Below the pieces are notes generated by a model that was not told the origin of the DNA, did no database searches, and saw only the letters and a program-made list of their open reading frames with translations. A DNA stretch of 64,000 nt from Cirrosporium novae-zelandiae (Eukaryota), in NCBI GenBank assembly GCA_026023565.1, contig JAPETS010000056.1:62001-126000 (forward strand), read 5' to 3'. Both the position numbers and the translations under genes were made by a program. This document shows, piece by piece, positions 12,982-23,203 of this stretch. Within the stretch, counting starts at the first letter, position 1; every line of letters begins with the position of its first letter.

Positions 12982-14829
12982 ATGTCTGAAGAAGCTAATC
13001 CTCCGGATCCTACAATCGAAAAAGAAGCGGAGCAAGACCTATCCGATAGTGAAAATGAACCCACTACGGATACCAACAACCCCGACGAGGCCGCTTCAGG
13101 TTCTGCTAGCAAGAAGAAAAAATCCAAGAAGAATAAGCTGAAAGAGAAGGTTGGAATTGGTGGTAGCAGCAACGAAAAAACAGGAAAGGAAATGTCCAAT
13201 GCCCAGGTCGATCAATTGCTTGCCATGAATCCCGCTTTGAAAGGAGAGATGGCAGGGCTGGACAAGGACAAGGCCAAAGAAATGTTAAAAAAGATGAACA
13301 TCAATGATCTCTTAACTGGGATGGTATGTACTATTAAGACCAAGCTGCTTGAAGAAAATGCTGACCTTGTATATATAAGACCTTGAACAAGAAAAATCAC
13401 AAAGACATGGCATCCTATAAGTTCTGGCAAACCCAACCCGTACCCAAATTCGGTCAGTCTACACCTTTACTAGAGAGCATCATATGCTTATCGAAATTAT
13501 ACAGATGACAAGGGTAACATGCAAGAGGGTCCGATCCAGGAAGTTGATCCGGAAAAGGTCCCTAAAGAACCTCTACATATTGATGAAGCATTTGAGTGGG
13601 TAACAATGGACTTGAAGGATGAGAAAGAAGTAAGCCACCTATGGCTTGGAAATTTAAACAAAGTCTAATATAGCTATAGATCGAAGAAGTTTACGAACTT
13701 CTAGCACAGCATTATGTGGAGGACGACGATGCGATGTTCCGGTTCAACTACTCAATCTCTTTCCTTAATTGGTATACAACCTCTGACTTCAAATCGAATG
13801 TTGTATGCCGCGCTAACATATTCCAACAGGGCTCTAAAATCCCCAGGCTGGCGTAAGGACTGGCATGTCGGCGTTCGCGCCTCCAAATCCCACAAGCTCG
13901 TTGCCTTCATCTCTGGTGTTCCTGTCTCGCTTCGTGTTCGATCCAAAGTTCTAAACGCTTCCGAAATTAACTTCCTCTGCATTCATAAAAAGCTGCGGTC
14001 CAAGCGTCTAGCACCCTTGCTCATCAAGGAAATAACAAGACGCTGTCACGTTTTCGGAATATACCAAGCGGTGTATACCGCTGGCATTATTCTCCCCAAA
14101 CCAGTTAGCTCATGTAGGTATTATCACCGTGCTCTGGACTGGCTTAAGCTCCATGAGGTTGGGTTCTCCCCTCTCCCGGCAGGTTCGACGAAATCCCGAC
14201 AAATAACATGGTATCGCCTGCCCCAGCAGACCGCCACACCCGGTCTTCGTCCCATGGAACCTAAAGACCTTTCCGCCATCAAAGACCTCCTAGAACGCTA
14301 CCTTGCCCGCTTTAGTATGGCCCCCAAATTCACCGCCGAAGAGCTCGATCATTGGCTTCTTCCTAAAACGCCTGCCTCAGGCGTCGATGGGGAGCAAGTG
14401 GTCTGGACATATGTGGTTGAAGACTCGTCGACACAGAAATTGACAGACTTTGTTTCTTTCTACTGTCTGGAGTCAAGCGTAATTGGAAACCCAAAACATA
14501 ATAACGTCCGAGCTGCGTACCTGTTTTACTATGCGTCGGAAACTGCCTTTGATGAATCCGATAAGAAGGATAAGCACTTGAAACAACGACTAAATATGCT
14601 CATGAAAGACGCATTGATCCTTGCCAAAGAGCTTAAATTCGATGTTTTCAATGCCCTCACGTTACTGGATAATCCTCTTTTCCTTGAAGAGCAACGGTTT
14701 GGTGCCGGCGATGGGCAGCTGCATTACTACCTCTACAATTACTTTGCGAATACTATTTCTGGGGGGGTCAATGAACGCAACAAGCCCGATGAGAATAAGA
14801 GGGGAGGCGTTGGCCTGGTGATGCTTTAA
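12982..14829 (+). CDS. NMT1: Glycylpeptide N-tetradecanoyltransferase (N-myristoyltransferase), four introns
   Basis: Motifs [69 protein letters not shown], and C-terminal GVGLVML. Confidence 0.96.
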
Positions 14830-15478
14830 AGAAGCGAATAGAACTAGAAGGAGTAAGTTAGGGGAGTTCTGGTACAACGGAGCCATTACGGTTTGGGGAC
14901 AGCGTATCAGGTGACATTATTCCATGCCCCTAGTTTTGGAGTTGGCATGTGTCGTAAGAAAGGGAGGGCTATAACTCTATACGCATACGAGGGTCTAGTA
15001 AAATATATATAAAAGTAAGTAGTAAAAAATGATGTAAAACCTATAAAATAGAATTGGTACCTGAAAGCCCCCCAAAAAGGTGAATGATATTGGAAGAAAC
15101 TATTTGTACTGTGTAGATGAATAATTTCTCATTTCTCAAACCAAAATCGCATAGTATTCCACATTAAGGTAATAGGGATGATAGAGAAGGGTCCAGGAGG
15201 GACTTTGATGCTGTGTTTACTAAATACGGGGGTCTAGCCCGATATTTTACGTCATTCATCCGATGCCGGTGTAGGGATTGAGGGAGTTCTTGGTAACTGC
15301 TCTTACCTAAAGATCTTGAACTAGTCCAGTATGGGCATGTTTTAGGTATTCACATGTTTTCTTTACCGTATTATCAAAAAAATACATGAAAAGTATCCTT
15401 AGTAAAAATTACCATCCAACAAGAGTACATTTAGAGGAGGGTTATGAGGATATCCAAAGACGGTTTCTAAACAGCAAA

Positions 15479-17377
15479 ATGGCGTCTATTGAATCAATTC
15501 GAGATGTCTGTCTCAATGAGATTCAACCCTCTTCGCAGTCATCAATTGGCTCCCAACAAGATGATTATGAAGTTCAACCAGGTGAATATGAGTCCGAGTC
15601 GAATCCCTCTCGTAGCAGGCTCAGAGTCACTGCCATCATAACTGCGTTGTTTGTATGTCCCCTCTTTTTCTGCAGCCAATATAATTTTATATCCTCATAA
15701 AGTCTATTGACAAATATATCCTAACTACCATATTGTAGCTTTCCCTCTTTCTGGCTGCCCTCGATGAAACAATCGTTTCCACTGCTCTTCCTACCATATG
15801 TTCCCAGTTTCACTCTGCTTCTGGCTACACATGGATCGGCTCTGCCTACCTTCTCGGAAATGCTGCCGCTTCCCCAATCTGGGCCAAATTCTCCGACATC
15901 TGGGGAAGGAAGCCTATTCTTCTTGCTATCGTTGGGTTCTTCTTCCTTAGCTCCATTGTCTGCGCCGTATCCAAGAGTATGGCCATGCTGATCACTGGCC
16001 GAGCTCTCCAAGGAGTGGCTGGTGGAGGAATCATCCCGCTTGTGCATATCTGTATCAGTGATTTGTTTAGTATGCGGTTCGTTCTTGTTCCTCAATGCCT
16101 TGCTTTTATGAGATTGCTGACGTGAGTAGATCTCGAGGTCTTTGGTTTGGCCTCCTTCAATTTGTCTGGGCTCTGGCAGGTGGAATGGGACCAATTCTTG
16201 GTGGTGTTTTCACTCAAATGGTTTCCTGGAGATGGATTTTCTACATAAACCTTCCCTTTTCTGGTATTACCTTTATAATCCTGCTAATATTCCTTGATGT
16301 GCACAACCCCAAGACAAAAATCAGCGATGGCTTAAAGGCAGTCGATTGGTTTGGAGGCGTGGCCATTCTAGGCCTGACGTTGATGCTACTTCTAGGCCTT
16401 GATTTCGGAGGCGAGACATTCCCATGGAACTCTCCTAGAATAATATGTTTGCTCGTGTTTGGCGCTTTGATGTCGCTTTTCTTCGTTTTCAGCGAGGCCA
16501 GACTGGCAGAATATCCTCTGATACCGCTGGATATACTTCGTCGCCGTTCTAACGTTGCAACTCTTGTGTTGGCCTTTTGTCATGGGATGGTAAATTCATC
16601 CCTAATGTTATAATACCCTTGAATTCCGGTGCCGTAACTTACTTGTCTTAGGTTTTTATTTCTTCCGAGTACTACCTGCCTCTGTACTTTCAATCGGTCC
16701 ATGAATCATCTCCCCTATCAAGCGGTGTTTTGATCCTACCTCTGATTCTTTCTCAGGCCATCATTGCCATTTTCGTTGGTATTTTTATCCACCGCACAGG
16801 CCGCTACGTTGAGCTCATCTACATCGGGTCGGCAGTTCTGACTCTTGGCTGTGGCCTTTTCATCCTCTTTAACGTGAACTCCTCACTCGGTGAACTTATC
16901 GGGATTCAGATCGTCTCCGGACTTGGGGCGGGTCTTCTTTTCGACCCACCTTTAATTGCACTGCAAGCATTTGTCCCTCCATCCGATACCGCTACCGCCA
17001 CTTCGACGTTCAGTTTTGTTCGAACTCTCGCTCTGGCCCTTGCCGTTGTTATTGGCGGTGTGGTATTCCAGAATGGCATGAAAACTCAAGGACCGAAACT
17101 ACGTGCAGCAGGCCTGTCGGCCAGTCTCACAGAAAAGCTTTCCGGAGCGTCTGCAGCAGCCAATATATCGATAATTAAAAGCTTGAAGAACGCAGCCCAG
17201 AAGGATGCTGTGAAGCAGGCATTTGCATGGAGCCTGAGGAACATATGGATTGTGTTTGCCGCAGTGGCAGCTTGCGGACTTGCATCAAGTTTCTTTATTG
17301 AGAAGCAAGAATTAACGAAACATCACGTTGAGACTAAGACAGGTTTGGTAAAGAAAGAGGAAACTCCCAGCAATTAG
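15479..17377 (+). CDS. MFS drug:H+ antiporter (DHA2, 14-TMS type), three introns
   Basis: Spliced motifs FLAALDETIVSTALP, WAKFSDIWGRKP, GRALQGVAGGG, GPILGGVFTQMVSWRWIFYINLP. Confidence 0.9.
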
Positions 17378-18164
17378 GGGGGTTGAAGAAGTTTGGAATA
17401 AATGGAAGGTGGGTAGGGCCACACTAAAAAATTGGTTGGATGAATAAAGGCGGTAAAGAATATAAATATGAGGGAAAAACGATTCCACTTTATGAGGTAC
17501 ATATGCAAGGTATTAGACTATAGAGGGGTTGGATTTACTCGAGTAGTATATAATATATTAGACTAGGGACTTTGGGTCTTTCTCATCTCATGACTTTGGA
17601 AGATAATGATGAATACAAAAGGTGCAAACATGAAAGGTTGAATGATAAAGGCACGTGAAAGAGCCACTATTGAGGTGGAGGCTATGACTGGATGCGGGCA
17701 TTTCTCAACTAAAGTCGATAGTCGGATAGTCCGCCTCGCCTAAAATGTCAAATCCCTGACACCCGAACACCCCTCAGCCCTCAGCCCTCAACCGCCCGTG
17801 GAGACAGAACTGACTGTCACTCACTACTCACTCATTCAGGTCAGCCAGTACTTTTGTCGGTCCTTCATCATTTCGCATTTCATCCAAACATTCCTTCCAC
17901 GTGCGATTCGCCTCTCAACTCTCAATTATCTTCAACTATCATCTGCCCTTGTATTGTTGATAGCCCCCCCGATGGCCTAATAAACCATTCCTTTCTCTCT
18001 TCTCTGTTGCTTACAGTACCAACGCAAAATCTTCTTTGCTTTATTCGCCCTGCTTATATGCCCGGACCACATTGCCAACAAAGCAAACCTCTGTTTCGAC
18101 TACACACTTCTTCCCTTTACTTACAATATATGGAACTAGCGATAATTGACAACAATCCGTGAAT

Positions 18165-19725
18165 ATGTCGTGTACAGCCCCTTCTCTGACTGTTGAGGCC
18201 GATGAGACTTCCGAGGACTCTTCGCTTCTGAAATGCCCAACAAGTCTTACAGAGGCAAGGTCTAATTCGAATCTTCGCCGAGCTTCTTACCATACTGTCA
18301 GGCGGCCTTCCATCGAATTCAGTGCTGATGCGATCTTTTTGAAGGTGAGTTTTAACCTTTTCCCTGTCACTTGACGGGCACGTTTCAGTTGTTAATGTTG
18401 TCAAGGTTGATCTTTTTGTTTATGAACTCGAACGCCGTCTGGACTGGCTAGAAAAGTATGGAAATCTTCAAATAGATGCTGGTGTCAAACGTGCGCATGA
18501 CATGCTGGCGATGGTACGAGACTCGTGCTCCCATGTTTCCGGCGAATTGATTGGCGCTGGAAGGAGAAGAGCAAAGATATTAGTCGAAACAATTGAAGGA
18601 CATTATAAGGATGGTGCCCTTACTCGGGCGACTTTGGAACAAAAGGCGCAAGCAAGTATGCGCCTGATGGAAGGATATCTGTCAGAACTGGAAGCAAAGA
18701 CCCATGCTGTTGGACGCAAACATGCTAGTAGCATCTCGGAGGTTGTTGACCAAGGATGGCGCCGCATGGATGAAGGAATTGGTCGCGCTCGTGTGGTCGT
18801 TGATGAAAGTTTAGAACGCGCAAGGAAAGCAAAGGTTACTTTGGGGGAGAGCATCCAACACGCCATTGACCGAGCAAAAGAACAGCGACTTATTCGGTAT
18901 GAGGACCTTCCTCACCCATGGCGGACCAACGGTTATATCGTTGGTGGATACCGCTTCACAGAATCTAAGATTGAATGTGTCGCGTCCATGTTCAAATATT
19001 CCAATGAGACCGTCAACATCTGGTCACATGCCTTTGGTTTGATCATCGTTCTCGCCATCGCCTTCCATTTCTACCCCACAAGTCCCAACTTTACTGTTAG
19101 CAGCAATGCGGATGTTTTTATTGCAGGCGTCTTCTTTTTTGCCGCTTGCAAATGCCTGGCCTGCAGCACCGTTTGGCATACCATGAACAGCATTGCGCAT
19201 CAGTCACTTATGGAACGCTTCGCTTGTGTGGACTACACTGGAATTTCTTTGCTCATTGCTGCTTCAATAATGACAACCGAATGGTGTGCTTTCTACTGTG
19301 AACCTGTGAGCCGTTGCATATATATGGGCATGACCGCTACCCTTGGAGTTGGCGGTGTCATCCTCCCATGGCATCCTACTTTCAATCGTCATGATATGGC
19401 GTGGGCTCGCGTGGCATTTTACGTGTCCCTTGCCACGACTGGCTTTGCTCCCATTCTTCAGTTAAGTCTGACAAAGGGTCTTACCTGGTCGTTCTACTTT
19501 TATGCACCAATTACCAAGAGTATTTTGGTGTATTTTGGTGGAGCTATCATTTATGCTTCAAAGATTCCCGAAAGATGGCTACCAGGCTGGTTTGACTATG
19601 CTGGTGGAAGTCATAACATCTGGCATCTTGCAGTTCTAGGCGGGATTCTCTTCCACTATGTTGCTATGCAGGATTTCTTTTCTTATGCCTTCTACATGGC
19701 CCAAGGAGAGTGTTCTGTCTATTAG
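18165..19725 (+). CDS. IZH3: PAQR/haemolysin-III family membrane protein, Izh3-like; one intron
   Basis: PAQR motifs NETVNIWSH, STVWHT, DYTGI, PERWLPGWFDYAGGSHNIWH; long N-terminal extension typical of filamentous-fungal Izh3. Confidence 0.85.
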
Positions 19726-20338
19726 TTTCTGCTAGATAACCATGATGTCGCATGCTTGCATGACTGATGGTATATACGGCGAAGACACTTTTCCTTTGTG
19801 TGCAGGGCGTTGATGGTGTTTGCTTGATCATCTGTTCGTACATCACGATAGATTATAGAGGTGGCTAGCGCAAGTGTTGACTAGCCATCCGTCTGCCAGG
19901 GCTACCTGTATAATTTTTTTATCACTTATATAGACGTACCTCTTATCCTTGCATTCATTATTGACACTTGTATGTAATAGCTAGAGTTGTATGTAGTAAT
20001 GTTTATGAGGATGTTGTAATGTGATATTGTGTACTTGTATAAAATCACATGAAAACCAAAGCGAGTGCACTTGGACGACTGGACCCTGAAGGTAATTACT
20101 GTACCTTGGCCAGCCCTACAAGGAGACATTAATGACATTAATTACTTGCAGCACGGGAGATAAGCGAGATTCGGTCGGCTTCCCTCCGCCCGGGCCGCAT
20201 TTTTTTAAATTCTTTATCGAAATTATCGAAATCCACACCAAAAGCCTTAACAATCTTATCGTCAGGTTTACTATCTATTCATGATATTAGATACTTACCA
20301 TTTTCTATAGTTCTCTAAGCACTCCCATTACAACAAAA

Positions 20339-21742
20339 ATGGAGATTGAGTCTTCCCGTCTACCTTCAGACCTCCCAGTCTCCCCAGAAACCGCTATCGA
20401 TGGCCTTACATCCACCCTCTCTACTCTCACAACAGCTACACCTTCTATGTCTGAGCCATCTACTGGGCCATCTACTGAGCCATCTACCGAGTCATGCTCG
20501 GAACCTCCTTCTGATTCATCCACTCCTTTATCAGCACACCGTTCACATGATCCACGTAACAATCTAAAACGGAGCGACCCCTTCCAGTTCGGCTCCCGCT
20601 ATCTTCTACCTCAAGATGATGTCTATGAATTCAATGCCTGGGATCATGTCACTCCAGATCCAGCCTACGACACCTGGGCCCTCTCTCAATATAGTCTTCA
20701 GAAAGCCTCCCCTGTAACTCCCTTCGATTTCAAGCGATTTAATGATGCGCCTCATAAGTGGTGGGATAAGTTTTATGGAAACAATAAGGAAAACTTTTTC
20801 AAAGATCGGAAATGGTTATGGCAAGAATTCCCCATCCTGAGGGAATTAAGTGAGGAGAAAGCAGGAAAAAAGAATGTGCTTGAAGTTGGGGCCGGGGCAG
20901 GGAATACAGCGTTTCCATTGTTGAGATCGAACAAAAACCCCGAATTGCATATACGGGCCGTGGACTATTCTAAGAAAGCTGTGGAAGTTATGAGGAACAG
21001 TCCCCTGTATCCTGGAAATGAAAGCAAGTCGCCTGGTTCTACCAATGACGTAAACTCCGAGCCCGTACCGCCTCTCACTCCCGCAATTGGAACTATGGAA
21101 GCGTCTATATGGGATCTTTCCTCTACTTCCCCTCTCGATCTCCCCGCTCCTCCATCCAGCATTGACGTCATCATTCTCATATTCGTCCTTAGTGCTCTCT
21201 CGCCCACTCAGTGGATCGCAGCTTTAAATAACGTCAATACACTCCTGAAACCTGGTGGTGTAATACTGTTCCGAGATTATGGCAGGGGAGATTTAGCACA
21301 GGTGCGATTCAAGAAAGGAAGATGGATGGGCGATAATTTTTACGTTAGGGGGGATGGGACGAGAGTATACTTCTTTGCCGAAGATGAAATACGGCAAATT
21401 TTCGGTGGTGAGATTACGAAGAGCAATACAACAAATGAAAAGGCCACCCCAGACGATAGTTCTACGAAGAGTTTGGATTCAGATGCAATCCAAAATCCAG
21501 AGGAAACCATGCCAAAATTTGATATTCTTCATCTAGGTGTGGATCGCCGACTCTTAGTAAATCGACAGCGGAAACTTAAAATGTATCGGTGTTGGCTGCA
21601 AGGAAAGTTTCAAAAACCTTTCGATATTGAAGCCGAAAAAAACGAAGATGCTAAATCCCCCGGAGATAACCAACAGGAGAATGAAGGGGTACATAAAGTT
21701 GGCATGGCTGATATTAACGAAAAGCAGCATGTTGAGGCATGA
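20339..21742 (+). CDS. TRM140: tRNA 3-methylcytidine (m3C32) methyltransferase, Trm140/Abp140/METTL2-like; no intron seen
   Basis: Motifs FNAWDHV, WDKFY..NKENFFKDRKWL..EFP, LEVGAGAGNT, FRDYGRGDLAQVRF, YVRGDGTRVYFF, RKLKMYRCW. Confidence 0.92.
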   Translation: MEIESSRLPSDLPVSPETAIDGLTSTLSTLTTATPSMSEPSTGPSTEPSTESCSEPPSDSSTPLSAHRSHDPRNNLKRSDPFQFGSRYLLPQDDVYEFNAWDHVTPDPAYDTWALSQYSLQKASPVTPFDFKRFNDAPHKWWDKFYGNNKENFFKDRKWLWQEFPILRELSEEKAGKKNVLEVGAGAGNTAFPLLRSNKNPELHIRAVDYSKKAVEVMRNSPLYPGNESKSPGSTNDVNSEPVPPLTPAIGTMEASIWDLSSTSPLDLPAPPSSIDVIILIFVLSALSPTQWIAALNNVNTLLKPGGVILFRDYGRGDLAQVRFKKGRWMGDNFYVRGDGTRVYFFAEDEIRQIFGGEITKSNTTNEKATPDDSSTKSLDSDAIQNPEETMPKFDILHLGVDRRLLVNRQRKLKMYRCWLQGKFQKPFDIEAEKNEDAKSPGDNQQENEGVHKVGMADINEKQHVEA

Positions 21743-22894
21743 CAAGCGCTTTCAGAATCAAAAGACCAGGCTCCCCCCATCGAAGTTCACAATCTACAAA
21801 AGCAAGGCGGTTCTATTTCCAAAGGAAGATTACAAAGACCTTTCAAAATCGGAAACCGAGCCTTCAAGCATCTTATCTACCCCTGAAAATCTCAACTATC
21901 CACTTGAATGGCTATGTCCGCCCATAACCTAAAGGCTCCATGCGGACAATAAAATGAATCATCATCATCTACTTGGAATGTTTTCTCGCAAATCTTATCC
22001 CTATTTATTTGCATCCTCTCCATAAAAGAACTGGTCGTTTGAAAAAACATGACGAGAAGGAGATCACGCTTAAGGCCTCGAACATGGTCCGCGCTTGGTT
22101 CTCCCTCTAAAACTCCAACATTTCCTAATAGTTTTCTCATAGAATACTAAATAGAGTATGCTTACCCCATGTCCTTCCCGACTTCTTCATCACTCGGCAC
22201 AGCACAAAATCAACTCAAGGGGGGGGAGGGGAGGGGAGGAGAAGAATGAGTTTACAGCTCAAGATTTGGGGGAGGTGTAAGAAGAGAAAGAATAGGAGGA
22301 AGGAAAATGAGAAAAAGAGAATGGCCCTGGGAGTTTATGGTCGGGTCGAGTTTAAGTAGTTTGAGCAATCTCCACCCTGGCCATCTCCTAATGTATCGAC
22401 ATCCCTACACCACCACAGATCAGATACGCAAGCCACGCCACTATCTCCCTCCTCCCATCCATGCTCATTTATTCACCTACCTGTGATTTTGTGTATGGTT
22501 CTTTATTAAATTTATCCAAAATATTCTAGTTATACTATCTAGTCTTGGCACGGCATCTTCCGAGATCCTTAACAGAAACCACATACCCATGGGTACTCAT
22601 CCACCCGCCTTCACCACTACTCCTTCCTATCAACCCAGACACCAAATTCCTTACAACTAGATGGGTGGACAGGGATCCAATTTCTTTTTTTGTGGTTATT
22701 ACGGGAGTTGCTATTCCCCGTCATCTTGACTGGATATTTTAAATATATACGTATTTAGAACTGGAATTGGAACTAGAAATGGAAGTTCACTATTCTTAAC
22801 TCAACTCTTTTTCAACCGGTAGATACAAACAGATACATTTCTCTCTCTCTCCCTTTCTTCATTGATCCCTATATACTCTCCTATCCCTATCCTA

Positions 22895-23143
22895 CTTTTG
22901 ACGAGTAGAAATGAAAGCGACCAGACCGACCTAAAGATAGAACTAGAATAATGTGACCTTAAGGAGGCCTTTAAATAAAATCAATTTTTGTAAATTTAAT
23001 TAATTTATTTTTAAGGGCTTTGGGGAGGCCTTTAATTGAATTGTTATTGAAAATTTGATTTTGTTTAAAGGCCCTCCTAAGGTCATTTTTCTAGGTTTCG
23101 TTTTTTTGGGGGTCTGGTCGCTTTTATTTCTACCTGGCGAAAG
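22895..23143. mobile_element. MITE copy 1 (249 bp), long imperfect terminal inverted repeats, TA target duplication (Tc1/mariner-type)
   Basis: TA|CTTTTGACGAGTAGAAATGAAAGCGACCAGACC ... GGTCTGGTCGCTTTTATTTCTACCTGGCGAAAG|TA; arms keep pairing for about 90 bp (TGACCTTAAGGAGGCCTTTAAATAAAATCAA vs its complement); related copy at 28216. Confidence 0.85.
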
Positions 23144-23203
23144 TATGCAAGCTCAAATTTAGATATATCATAACTATCCATCTCATAACCTATCGTTATG
23201 TTT

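Noticed and set aside
12340..13000. TPP riboswitch, prompted by the gene name NMT1
   Set aside because: This NMT1 is N-myristoyltransferase, not the thiamine gene nmt1/THI5, and no TPP aptamer core was seen.
20339..20620. Programmed +1 frameshift as in yeast ABP140
   Set aside because: The ORF is continuous from ATG to stop and no CTT-AGG-C site was seen; the N-terminus is only a Ser/Thr/Pro region with short 12-bp repeats.
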